Notes under the pieces: model-generated
The model's input: the letters and a program-made list of their open reading frames with translations, nothing else
Database searches by the model: none
Told to the model about the DNA's origin: nothing
Shown here: piece by piece, positions 1-13,254 of the stretch
How positions within the stretch are numbered: position 1 is the first letter of the stretch
Layout of the letters: every line of letters begins with the position of its first letter
Made by a program: the position numbers and the translations under genes
Assembly: GCA_951406725.2 (NCBI GenBank)
Contig: OX597819.1
Coordinates: 112,530,001-112,594,000 of the forward strand
From: Octopus vulgaris
Lineage: Eukaryota
Direction of reading: 5' to 3'
DNA length: 64,000 nucleotides

Positions 1-63
1 AAAATCGTCCAATCTATGCTAGCATGGAAAGCGGACGTTAAACGATGATGATGATGATGATGA

Positions 64-124
<61 letters not shown>

Positions 125-340
125 TATATGTATATGTTTGTGGGTCTGTGTTTGTCCCCACCAACATCGCTTGACAACCGATGCTCGTGTGTTTACATCC
201 CCGTCACTTAGTGAGACCGATAGAATAAGTACAAAGAATAAGTCCTGGGGTCGATTTGCTCGACTAAAGGTGGTGCTCCAGCATGGCCGCAGTCAAATGA
301 CTGAAACAAATAAAAGAATATAAAGAAAAGAAAGAAAAAG

Positions 341-375
<35 letters not shown>

Positions 376-557
376 CGCACACATGCACAAACACACATAC
401 ATACATACATACATATATACACATATGTACAATATTGCACACTCAGATCTATACACATTTACACACTCTTACATGTACTGAGGTACAATGGTAGAGAGAT
501 GAATAGGGAGAGAAGAAAGATGAGAAGGAAAATGATGATGTTGATGATGCTAACTGA

Positions 558-613
558 TGACTCCGCCCCCATGTCAGTCATTTTAAGCCATTTAGGCCTC
601 ATTATCCAATCAG
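558..613 (+). promoter_or_regulatory. Candidate GC-box plus CCAAT-box element upstream of KMO
   Basis: CTCCGCCCCC at 561-570 and CCAATCAG at 606-613 in a non-repetitive island about 1.3 kb upstream of the ATG. Confidence 0.25.
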
Positions 614-656
614 AACAGCATTGAATTTTATGAAACCATGCCCACTCTCTTCTCTG

Positions 657-703
<47 letters not shown>

Positions 704-756
704 TTATGTGTGTGTGTGTTTGTGTGTGTGTGCATGTGTGTACATATATATATATA

Positions 757-795
<39 letters not shown>

Positions 796-804
796 TTACA
801 ATTA

Positions 805-839
<35 letters not shown>

Positions 840-973
840 ACACATATATGTATGTATATATATATATATATACTCACATATAGAGAGAAAGGAAGTGAGA
901 GGGAGGGAGAGTGGCTAAGAGTGAGACAGAGAAAAAATGTGTAAGGTTATACAAAAAATGCAAATATGCATGG

Positions 974-1019
<46 letters not shown>

Positions 1020-1103
1020 ACACTCACACACTCAGGCACATACATATACCATCCAAAGACAAGACCACATTATAAGTTCACAAATATATTTATCTCATCC
1101 TAT

Positions 1104-1139
<36 letters not shown>

Positions 1140-1869
1140 ATCTATACTTATTTGTGTGTGTGTGTGGGTGTATGTGCATGAAAGAGTACATACACACACA
1201 TACATAAACTCACACACACACACACACACACACACATAAATACACACAGTCTTATTCTGTATCCACCAACCATGCTTCTCAAATGCTACTACTCTACCTC
1301 CACTAATCACCCTCACCTACACACATGTGTGTTTATATACATATATAAGTATAAATCTCCCACAGCTTTATCTCATTTAAGGCCACTTGCAAAAGTTCAG
1401 CCTATTGATTGGATTTTCCATTCATTTTTTTTGTTATCCCACCTGAGGGTGACGGTTATTCTTTTTTTCTCTTCCTCGTTATTATTATTATTATTGTTAT
1501 TATTATTATTATCATCGTCATCATATAACAAGTGCCAGAATCAATGACCCTATGTACAAAGTAGTTCATAAAATCGAAAACAAGTGAAAACAGTAGCAAA
1601 AACAACTACAGTCACATATACACATACATATATATATATATATATATAAAGCACATTTGCACACACACTCACAGATATACATACACATTCACAAGTATAC
1701 ATACATTATATATATATATTTAAATATATATATATATATCAATATATGTATTGAGAGAGAGAGAGACATAGATACGGAGATAGGTGTTTTGAAGATTATA
1801 AGAACTAGGTGAAAGTGAAAGAAAACTTTTATTGACACCAGGTGTCAGGTAAATCAATAAAAATTCAAT

Positions 1870-1917
1870 ATGGAGACCAATGATATCAAACATGTAGCAA
1901 TTATTGGAGGCGGTTTG
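1870..1917 (+). CDS. KMO: KMO coding exon 1 (METNDIKHVAIIGGGL)
   Basis: ATG at 1870; start of the Rossmann GxGxxG FAD motif; donor GTAAGT at 1918, phase 0. Confidence 0.88.
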
Positions 1918-2712
1918 GTAAGTGATGCTTCAATTTTATTTTTTATTTTTGTTTCATTTCTACTATTTTCTTTTTGAATATTTTGTCTTTTTTGAAATCG
2001 CATCCACTTTTTTTTTTGTTATTTTTGTGAAATATTTTGTTGAGTTTTTTATAAGCATTTTTTAATTATTATCCTTGGATTTCAAAAGTCTTTCAATTTT
2101 GCTTTCGTTTCATTTCTTACATGTTTCAGAAAATGCTCATAATATTCCACAATCTCATCATGATATTCAATATTGTAATATATATTGTGATTTTTAACAT
2201 TTAGAGATCAAATCTTACAAAAACTCCCTACTCCCTTCATCCTCATGAAGTCAATATATAACCCCATGTAGGAACTGGGAGGTGATCTTAGTCAACTGTT
2301 CCCACCCTTAAAATTTAATTTCTTGTAGCTAGGCAACAAAACAGACATCCTCATATGAGTTTATACTGCACCGTTTCGTGCACTTCATTATTCCTGTGGT
2401 TCATTGCAGCTGCACAATTATGGTTCTATACTAAACATGTTTTGTTTTATTATAAGATATTTTTATTGTTTATTATACCTTGTGTTAATTCAGTTATTTT
2501 ATTTATTGTGTTAGAGAATGCAAAATAGTTGTCGCATTATTTTTGTTTTAGTACTGGACTGCAATTGGGTAGAGTATGCGGTTTATCGCTTTATGGAATT
2601 GAGCAAGTCAGCATACAGACTAAAACATGTACTGACAGAGTTATATAATATGATGGTAATTGTATAGAAAGTGTACCATGTTTGTGTTTAGTATTTAATT
2701 ATATTGTGATTG

Positions 2713-2940
2713 AGGCAGTGATCTGGCAGAAATGTTAGCATGCCGGGCGTAATGCTTTGTGGTATTTCGTCCGGTGTTGCGTTCTGAGTTCAAATTCCGC
2801 CGAGGTCGACTTTGCCTTTCATCCTTTTGGGATCGATAAATTAAGTACCAGTTATGCACTGGGGTCGATGTAATCGACTTAATCCGTTTGTCTGCCCTTG
2901 TTTGTCCCCTCTATGTTTAGCCCCTTGTGGGCAATAAAAA
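2713..2940 (+). mobile_element. tRNA-derived SINE with Meta-like central domain (representative of many copies)
   Basis: B-box-like GAGTTCAAATTC and core GACTTTGCCTTTCATCCTTTYGGGGTCGATAAATTAAGTACCAG; recurs at about 2945, 3592, 3898, 4208, 5409, 10968, 11869, 12813, 20088, 38390, 44896, 48788 and on - at about 31180, 56725, 58705, 59585. Confidence 0.8.
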
Positions 2941-4110
2941 AAAATGTTAGCGCATTAGGCGAAATGCTTAGAGGTATTTTGTCTGTCTTTACATCTGAGT
3001 TCAAATTCCACTGAGGTCAACTTTGCCTTTCATCCTTTCGGGGGTCAATAAATTAAGTGCCAGTTGCATACTGAGGTTGATCTAATCGACTGGAACCTTC
3101 CCTCAAAATTTTAGGTCTTGTTCCTAGTGTAGAAAAGATTATATGGTGATTGTGTAAAATCTGTTGTGTGATTTAGTCACTGAGACAGTGCACTGTGTTA
3201 GCTATAACATTACATTCAAAGTATCATGTGTAGGATATGGGCTGTGCTTACCAGGGTTACAATTAGAAGTGTGTGAAAACTGTAATCACTGGCATATTGT
3301 ATACTGCTTCTGTCTACACTATTCTTGTAAGCAAAGGGAACTTAAGCTCAATAAACTTAATGCTTTAGAAAGAGATATACTATCAGAAGGGCAGATATTG
3401 GGGTTGTGGAATTACAAAGAGGAGATGAGTTTTGGGTGTTCATGCTGAAGGGGTGTCATATGCATATATTGGCTATGGAAACTGACAAGGTTTTGGTGTA
3501 TGTCTCACAGAAAACAGAAAATCCTGGAGACTTCTTTCTGAGTTATATTTTGCTCAGAGGGTCTTGAAGTTATTAATATTATTATTATTATTGGTGAGCT
3601 GGTAGAATTGTTAGCATGGTGGGGGAAAATGCTTAGCAGAATTTAATTCATCTTTGCGTTCTCAATTCAAAATCCACCGAGGTCAACTTTGCCTTTCATC
3701 CTTTCAGGGTTGATAAAATAAGCACCAATTGAGCATTGGGGTCAATGTAATTAACTATCCCCTTGCCCCAAATTTCAGACTTTGTGCCAATAATAGCAAG
3801 GATTATCAGATTATCATTATCATCATCATCATCATCATCATCCTCATCCTCATCATCATCATCATCATTATTATTATTATTATTATTATCATTACTAAGG
3901 TGGTGAGCTGGCAGAATCATTAGTGCACTGGACGAAATGCTTAGTGGTATTTCACTCATCACTGCGTTCTGAGTTCAAATTCCTCCAAGGTCAACTTTGC
4001 CTTTCATCCCTTCGGGATTGATAAATTAAGTACCAATGAAACACTGGGGTCGATATCATCAACTAATCTCCTTTCCCAAAATTTCAGGCCTTGTGCCTAT
4101 AGCAGAAAAG

Positions 4111-4184
<74 letters not shown>

Positions 4185-4339
4185 TATTGTTATTATTATC
4201 ATTATTAAGGCAGTGAGCTGACAGAAACATTAGCACACTGGGCAGAATGCTTAGCAGAATTTCCTCCATCTTCATGTTCCGAGTTCAAATTCCACCAAGG
4301 TCAACTTTGCCTTTTTATTTTTCCATGGTCGATAAAATA

Positions 4340-4700
4340 ATTGTTTCTGTTTTTTGACCCCACATTCGAGTTACCTCTATTTCCAGGTCTTTGTATTTTG
4401 AAAGTTTCTCCATTTCTTTTAGAGAAACATTGTCATCTGTTGGTATTGATACATCGATTAGAAAGTTTTTTTTTTCTTGATGATCTCTGACAGCTATATC
4501 TAGCCTATTGGCCTTAATTTCTCTCTCTATGTGTATTGGTATATCCCATAGTATGGTTGCTTTCTCATTTTCTGTGATCTTTTCTGGCTTGTGCCTATAC
4601 CTTCTTTTTTCTGTTCTTATTCCATAATGTTGGCATAGCTTCCAGTGTATATAGATCCCAACTCTGTCGTGTCTGTGAATATATTCCTTCTTAGCCAGAA
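4340..4700 (-). mobile_element. R4/Dong-like non-LTR retrotransposon fragment (restriction-like endonuclease domain)
   Basis: Minus-strand translation ILWDIPIHI...RLDIAVRDHQEK..FLIDVSIP...EKLSKYKDLEIEVTRMW (PD-D/ExK type); abuts a (TAA)n tract. Confidence 0.75.
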
Positions 4701-4707
4701 CTGGCTA

Positions 4708-4769
<62 letters not shown>

Positions 4770-4979
4770 TATTATTATTATTCTATGTTTGACTTTTGCT
4801 TTACATTTGTACAAGTTGACTCCAAGTCTCACCCAGAGAAGTTCATGTTGGAAGTTCATGTTGGTGTTATGCCTAGGGTGCCATACATTTGGTTTTGTAC
4901 ATAGTGTTGTACTAGTGAATGTCTAACAAAACCATATGAAAATTATGTTTGTTTTAAAACTTGAGATTACTATTATTAC

Positions 4980-5026
<47 letters not shown>

Positions 5027-5255
5027 CTTTATGGGTTTTATGCAATCATTTGCTGGGCTTTTTACCAGTGGCCTGGAGCAAGAGAAGGCAAGGGATACTA
5101 TAGTCACTTTCAGCTAGCTATACAGAAAGTGTCACAAAAACACATTAATTACAGGAAGAAATAAATGCTTTATACATGCCTTGCTGATGAATATCTGTGA
5201 AATGCAGATGTAAAGTATAATTTAAATTAGGTGGGGAAGGCACACTTTTACTACA

Positions 5256-5316
<61 letters not shown>

Positions 5317-5357
5317 TCATTATATTTTTGTTGTTGTTGTTATTATTATTATTATTG

Positions 5358-5407
<50 letters not shown>

Positions 5408-5623
5408 ACAGGTGGTAAGCTGGCAGAATCATTAGCATGCTCAGCAACATGCTTCACTGAATTTCATCCGTCTTTATGTTCTGAGTTCAAATTCTGCTGA
5501 GGTCGGCTTTGTCTTTCATCCTTCCAGGGTCGATTAAAATAAGTACCAGTTGAACACTAGGGTCGATGTGATTGACTTAACAACTCCCCGAAAGTACTTG
5601 TCTGTCAAGTCACAACAAGGACC

Positions 5624-5795
5624 TCAGACAAACAGTACTCTACGCAATATGCATTCATTTCCAAGTAAAGCTGATTTTTGCAATACGCCAAGATTGTAGG
5701 GTATTTCTAAAGTGTTCAAATGTTTTTTCAGATAGGGTAGTATTGAACCCAATGCTCTGAACACAACAGGAACAACCTTTATGTTTGAAAATGTA
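5624..5795 (-). mobile_element. R4/Dong-like LINE C-terminal fragment
   Basis: KVVPVVFRALGSI...LQKSALLG..ILRRVL, typical end of an RLE-LINE ORF. Confidence 0.7.
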
Positions 5796-6050
5796 ATCAT
5801 GATGATGATGATCATCATCATCATCATTACCATCATCATCATCAGCATCAGCATCATCATCATCATCATCATCACCACCACCACCACCACCACCACCACC
5901 ACACTCATCATCATCATCATCATCATCAACCTTTATGTTTGAAAATGCAATCATCACCATCATCATCATCATAATCATCATCACCACCACCACCACCACC
6001 ACCACCACTACCACCACCTTCATCATCATCATCATCATCATCGCCATCAC

Positions 6051-6086
<36 letters not shown>

Positions 6087-7754
6087 TATTATTCAGTGAG
6101 AGAGCGGTGCATACTATCAAAGTGACACTGGGGTAAAATATACGAAGCCCAGTATACCCATCATGACTATCCGTCTGATAAGGGTTCACCAGGCACATGC
6201 ATCACAACCATATGTGTGTGACATGGTGATCTCACGTTTCCAGATTTATTCTGTAATAATGTTTACATGAAAAGTGTGTGCTTGTCTTTAACTGGCTTGT
6301 CAATCAGTTAGTTAACATTGCATATTTAATAGGTGCATATCAATGATGTAATATCTGCTAAGGCATTTTGCATCTCCATTTTGCATTTCAGATGAACCTT
6401 TATAAATCAAATCTTATTCATGTTGTAAAAAACAGTTTGCTGATAATTCAGCACCCTTAATGTTCAATATCATTTCAAGTGTTTATGGACTTCTTAGAAA
6501 ACCACATTGACTCCCAGGGACCAATATTGGCTACTTTACTAACAACTGGTGTAGGGAATGTACAGTGTGGAAGGTAGAGATCGTTCTGTGTAAATTAAGC
6601 AACTGAATTGAAAACGCCTTGCACAGCATGTAGACTATACTTAGCAAGGTCTATTTTGTGAACCATGTTTAGAGTTGTGAACCATGATGTGGTTTTTCAT
6701 GCTTATATTTGTTATACGTCGACCCTGTGCTTGAGGAGATCCATTGAGTCAAGTACACCAACATCAAAAATCAATGGAAACTGCAGTTGTGATCCCTGTG
6801 CTGGTGGCACGTAAAAAGCACCATCCGAACGTGGCCGATGTCAGCGCCGCCATGACTGGCTTCCGTGCCGGTGGCACATAAAAAGCACCAATCTGATCAT
6901 GGGCTTTGCCAGCCTCGCCTGGCACCTGGCCAGTGGTACATAAAAGCACCCACTACACTCATGGAGTGGTTGGCATTAGGAAGGGCATCCAGCTGTAGAA
7001 ACACTGCCAGAAACACTGGTGCAGCCTTCTGGCTTCCTAGATCCCCGGTCGAACCGTCCAACCCATGCTAGCATGGAGAATGGATGCTAAACGATGATGA
7101 TGTTTTACCTTTTCAGTTCTCAAATTATTACTGTTAATTACTTAAAGTAATCCATATTGTAATGTGGTTGGTGTTAGGAAGAGCATCTAGCTGTAAAACT
7201 CATGCCACAGCAGATAGTGTAGCTGGCACAGTCTTCTGGTTTACTAGCTCCTGTCAAGCCATCTAACCCATACCAGCATGAAAGATGAATGTAAAATGTT
7301 GATGATGATGAGGATTTTATTTATTATTTGTAATTAAAATTATCTTTAAACAGTCTCATTTGTATGCTGTGTTTTTTAGTGCAACTCTGCATTTACTAAT
7401 GATTGGCAACCTGTCTGTTATGACAATGAGTGTCCCAGTTGATCCAGCCAATGGAACAGCCAACTCTTGAAATTGGCATGCATGTGGCTGAGCACTTCAC
7501 AGACACACATAACCTTAACGTAATTCTCAGAGAGATTCAGCATGACAGAGAACGCGACAAGACTGGCCCTTTGAAATACAGGTACTACTCAATTTTACCT
7601 GCTGTGTGAATTGAACCAGTGTGAAATAAAGTGCCTCGCTCAAAGGGACAACATGCCACTTGGTATCAGACTCACAACCTTACAATTGTGATCTGAATAA
7701 CCTGACCACTAAGCCACAGGGTTTCGTTTTAGCTTTGCATTTTTTAATGACTCT

Positions 7755-8362
7755 CTCTTTCCTTTTACTCTTTTACTTGTTTCAGTCATTTAACTGTAGC
7801 CATGCTGGAGCACCGCCTTTAGTCGAGCAAATCAACCCCAGCACTTATTCTTTGTAAGCCTAGTACTTATTCAATCGGTCTCTTTTGCCGAACCACTAAG
7901 TTACAGGGATGTAAACACGCCAGCATCGGTTGTCAAGAGATGTTGTGGGGACAAACAAAGACACACAAACATATACACACACATACATCATCATCCTCAT
8001 CATCATCATCGTTTAACGTCCGCTTTCCATGCTAGCATGGGTTGGATGATTTTCCTGAAGGCTGGCAAACCAGATGGCTGCACCAGGCTCTAGTCTTGAT
8101 CTGGCAGAGTTTCTACAGCTGGATGCCCTTCCTAACGCCAACCATATATATATATATATATATATATATACTCATATATTAAACGATGATGATGATGATG
8201 ATGACGACGGCCTTCTTTCAGTTTCCGTCTACCAAATCCACTCACAAGGCTTCGGTCAGCCCGAGGCTATAGTAGAAGACACTTACCCAAGGTGCCATGC
8301 AGTGGGGCTGAACCCAGAACCATGTGGGTGGTGAGCAAGCTACTTACCACATAGCCACTCTG
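7755..8362 (-). mobile_element. CORE-type tRNA SINE (octopus OR-like) with a nested RTE-type tail
   Basis: Head TGGCTATGTGGTAAGTAGCTTG, CORE-like GCACCTTGGG(C/T)AAGTGTCTTC; same family at about 135-325, 36205-36550, 43157-43538, 45638-46130, 57218-57445, 62433-62822. Confidence 0.75.
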
Positions 8363-9342
8363 TACAATGCATAATACTGATGTTTTCTCTATGATCTACA
8401 TATCTGTAAGTCTTGTGGATTTGGTTATGTATTTCTCTGTAATCATTCCTATCTCAGCTTTTATTATAGGAATTTTTTTTTCCTGTTTTCAGTCCTTACA
8501 TTCTGGTTATCTCTATTTCCAGATCTTTGTATTTAGATAATTTCTTCATTCCTTTCAGACAAGCATTATTGTTTGTTAAGATGACAAATCTATTTGATAC
8601 TTGATAACAATATGCAATAATTTAGCTTTGATCTTTCTCTATCTGCATTAGTATAAACAATCATACACATATGTATATGTGCATGCATGCATGCATGTGT
8701 GTGTGTGTCAGTCTGTCTGTCTGTTTGTATGTATGTATGTATGTATGTACGTATGTATGTATGTACGTAAGTATGTATGTATTTATGTATATGAATTTTT
8801 TTCGGGGTATATCAAATCCTTTGTGTAGGAAATTTGCTTACAACAATTTGTTCAAAACTGCAAACAGCTGTAATAGAATAAATATTACACTTCTTTGAAA
8901 CACTGAGGTATTCTATTCTGGAGCTAGTCAATCAGTATAATTTGGGTTCAATAATGAATCAGAAGATTGTATAATTGTTATTATTATTATCCTTTAAAGT
9001 CTAGATATATTTGGATAGTGAAGTAGTAAAATGTCATTCTGAGTGCCAGAATATATACCTATGCTGTTTAATAGGGTTCTCAGTAAATCCTATTTACATC
9101 TATGTATTATAGTCATCTGACAGGTTGACTTCTAATACTTTAGAAAGACATTTTCAGAAGGAGAGAGAGACAGAGAGAGAGAGAGGGAGAGAGAGAGAGA
9201 AAAGAGAGAGTTGAGAAAGATAAGAGAGAAGAAAGAAAGAAAGATTCTGTTACACAAAAACATAAACATGCCTATAGTTTTATGTTGGAAGTGTATATTG
9301 GTTTTCATTTGACGGATATTTGTCTTCATTTTGTTTGTTGTT

Positions 9343-9385
9343 AACACATTTCGGCTGATATACCCTCCAGCCTTCATCAGGTGTC
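9343..9385 (-). ncRNA. Degenerate minimal type I hammerhead motif (stem III lost)
   Basis: Minus strand GACAC CTGATGA A GGCTG-gagggtatat-CAGCC GAAA T GTGTT. Confidence 0.5.
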
Positions 9386-10281
9386 TTGGGGAAATTTTGA
9401 ACCTGGGTTCTCATTCCTAAGGTATTTTTTCGATGTTATTATTATTATTATTACTGCCTGGAATCAAACTTGGAATCTTGGGGTTAGTAACCCACACTCT
9501 TAACCACTACGCCATATGCCCACGGGCATTTCAGGCAGTGACCTGAATAATAATGATAATAAAATGTAAATAATGTACATAATTCCTCATCTCTTAAATA
9601 TAGAACTGTGTACATTGGTTTATGTATATGTTGATTAGTGTTAGAAAAACCTGGGTGACATATACAAGTTTCCGTTTTGATTGGGGTGCATGTGTAGAGA
9701 TCACTGTAGCAGTTTTGCATTATATATTTACTTATATTTACTTTTATTAGTAACTCTAATATTCCCGATGTGCTTTTCAAAGCCCTCAAAGACTGCTTCC
9801 AATGTTCCAATTGCTACCCATATCACAATCACTTTCTCAATACTCCAAAGCCCATCTCATCCCTCAGTTGCCAGTATTTTCTAGTTCTTTATTTTTCACC
9901 TTTGAATCACCCGATATTGCAACTTCTATTGTCTTAACTGCTTAACTGCTTTTACATTTTTACTGCTGTGTACAATATCTGGCCATCTTGACTCTATGAC
10001 TTTGTCACATTGTATATGTGTGACTATGTTCTTGGAGAGACTCTTGGCATCAACAAAACTTGACTGGCTGGTCTGTTCTATAGGACTTTGGGGTTGGGGC
10101 CTCTGGATAATTTCCAAAAACCCTTGGCTTGGCAGTCCTATGGGGATGTATTGTCAGTTCAAGATAAACTCTACAGTCATGGAAGTGTTGTTGGCTGAGC
10201 TTACCTGAGATGCATGCGAAGCAACAGAACCGTTCTGCATGTTCTTGTCCGGTGCTTGAGCATTGTTAACTTGTGGGTTTA

Positions 10282-10684
10282 TGTCAACCACTTACAGTCA
10301 CAGGTAGGATGGATCTAGCTATCAGCTGAATCCATTGTGAAGATTGTCCCACTGGCCAGGAAAGGCAGGCAGTTTTCCTTTGTGTGGTGGCCTTAGGGAA
10401 CGAGGTTGTGTGGTGGAGCAGATTGAAAGGGCTGAAGACAGATACTTTTCTCTTTGGTCAAGCTCTCATCAACTTTTCCACTTACTGTCAAACACTTACT
10501 GTCACGTGTAGGATGGATCCAGCTATCAGCTGAATCCATTGTGAAGATTGTCCCACTGGCCAGGAAGGGCAGGCAGTTTTCCTTTGTGTGGTGGCCTTAG
10601 GGAAAGAGGTTGTGTGGTGAAACAGATTGAAAGGGCTGAAGACAGATACTTTTCTCTTTGGCCAAGCTCTCATTAACTTTTCCA
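10282..10684. repeat. Tandem duplication, two units with 204-bp period
   Basis: GTAGGATGGATC at 10304 and 10508; both units end AACTTTTCCA (10480, 10684). Confidence 0.9.
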
Positions 10685-11179
10685 AGCTTTGTTTGAAAAG
10701 GAGAGTGAGGAAGAAGTGCTGCCCCCCAGCAATTTTATTGAAAGGTGGGTGAATGTGGCAAGAATTGTACGAGTGAACAGGCCTACATTAAACATACACC
10801 TGCAAATGATGTGGAGTGGGCACTTGCCCTAGTGGTCAGAGGCTCTATGGTTTTGTGGTATTTCCATGAGCAGCCCTAGGTAGTCTTCCTCCTCTGGAGA
10901 ATTATTCTTTGTTAAAATTTATATTTTTGTAATTTTTTACTTTTTTACACATTTTATGTTACCCCAAGTTGGCAGAATTGTTAGCACACTGGGTAAAATG
11001 CTTAACAGCATTTCGTCCCTCCTTATGTTCTGAGTTCAAATTCTGCCATGGTTCACTTTACCTTTCATCCTTTCAGAGTCAATAAATTAAGTACCAGTCA
11101 TATACTGGGGTCAGTGTGATCAACTTACCCCTCCTCACAAATTTCAGGCCTTGTGCCTACAATTGAAAGGATTATTATT

Positions 11180-11690
11180 AATAGTGTTTGTGGGATGAAC
11201 ATGATGTCAGTTTGAAAATGAAAATAAGTGTATACAAATCTTGTATTTTGAGCACACGTTTATATGGAGCAGAAGCTTTAACTCCTTACTACAGATATGT
11301 AAAGAAACTTAAAATCTTCCACGTGTTGTTTGTGCAACATACGCAACATAAAATGGCAAGATAAGATATCTAATGTTAAGATCTTAGAAGAATGTGATAT
11401 CTCAAGTATCCGAAGCATGCTGGTGAGAATCCTGTGCAGATGGGTAGGATGTTGTTTGAATAAAAGATGTCCACATTCCAAAAATTCTTTCGTATGATCA
11501 AGAAGCATAGGGATATTGTGGCAAAGGAAGACCTTTCCTTAGGTATAAGGGTCAGTTGAAGCAACCAGTAAAATCTCTACAGCTTAATTTGACATCTTGG
11601 GAAAGTTGTTGCCTAGATTGATATGCATGGCGTATAATGTGTCATGATGCATCCAGACAATTTGCGTTGAAGAAATAGAACAATAAAGAA
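11180..11690 (+). mobile_element. Degenerate RTE-clade LINE 3' ORF fragment
   Basis: KMKISVYKSCILSTRLYGAE...KWQDKISNVKILE...RWVG with frameshifts. Confidence 0.65.
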
Positions 11691-13254
11691 TTATATCCTC
11701 TAACCAACAGACATATTTGTCCAATCCCAGGCAAAATCAAAATCATCAATGTCCCTATATCGATTTCATAGCAAAATACATACATGGATTCAAATTACAT
11801 TCCACACATCCATTGCAAGTAGATACAGCTCTTTTTATTTCATTTTTTAAAATTATTTATTTTTGCTATGGCGGCGAGCTGAGAGAGACATTAGCATGCC
11901 AAGCGAAATGCTTAGTGGTATTTCGTCTGTCTTTACATTCTGAGTTCAAATTCCGCTGAAGTCAACTTTGCCGTTCATCCTTTCGGAGTCGATAAATTAA
12001 GTACCAGTTGTGTACTGGGGTCGATCTAAGTAACTGTCACCTTCCCCCACCAAATTTCAGGCCTTGTGCCTAGAGTAAAAAAGATCATTTATTTTTGCTA
12101 TTACTCTCTTCAAACACTCATACATCTGAGCTGATGGGGGTGACCATCATCATTACAAGACCTGCGGATTAGTAGAATAGTTAAAGCATAATAAAAAAAT
12201 ATTTGGGAGTATTTTTTAGGGGATTTTTAAAATCTGATTTAGCATTCTGGGTTGGATTTTTACATTCAAATCCTACAATGATCAACTTTATGTCCTATCC
12301 TTCAGGGTCTGATAAAATTAAGGATCATCAACTGCTTGGGTTTATAGAGTCGACTACCCTTTACTTAATCTGTGTCTAACATAGAAGAAATTATAATTAT
12401 CAGTGTTCTCTTGCTTTCCATCGCATTTCTTTTTTGCCACACTTGTCACAATTAATTAGCATTACTCCGCCTAATTCCAGCACAGATATGATTATATCTG
12501 GGTCGCACCTATCAACTGTTTTATTGTTGTTGTTGCTGTTGTCGTTGTTGTTGCTGCTGCTGTTGTTTTTATTATTATTGTTATTAAGGCAATGACCTGG
12601 TAAGTCATTTTGCACTTCACATAGTTAGTCCTTATTGCTTGTTCTAGTACTGTGCATATAATTGCTTCTGTCTCTGTCTTCAGGTCACACCTCCTCATCC
12701 ATAGCCACTGGTCTTCTGAATCTGTCTTGGTATTTGTATCTCTTTATTATTATTATTATCATCATCATCATCACCATTATTATTATTATTATTATACAAC
12801 TACAACATATATGGAGGTGGCGAGTTGGCAGAAACGTTAGCATGCCAAGCAAAATGCTTTGCGATATTTCGTCTTCCGTTACGTTCTGAGTTCAAATTCC
12901 ACCAAGGTCAACTTTGCCTTTCATCCTTTCGGGGTCGATAAATAAAGTACCAGTTACGCACTGGGGTCAATGTAATCGACTTAATACCTATGTCTGTCCT
13001 TGTTTGTCCACTCTATGGTTAGCCCCTTGTGGAGAATAAAGAAATAGGTATTTCGTCTGCCATTACGTTCTGAGTTCAAATTCCACCAAGGTCAACTTTG
13101 CCTTTCATCCTTTCGGGGTCGATAAATAAAGTACCAGTTACGCACTGGGGTTAATGTAATCGACTTAATCCGTTTGTCTGTCCTTGTTTGTCCCCTCTAT
13201 GTTTAGTCCCTTGTGGGCAATAAAGAAATACATACAACTACAACATATATGATC

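Noticed and set aside
5181-5215. CTGATGA...GAAA...TA as a hammerhead
   Set aside because: Stems I, II and III do not pair convincingly
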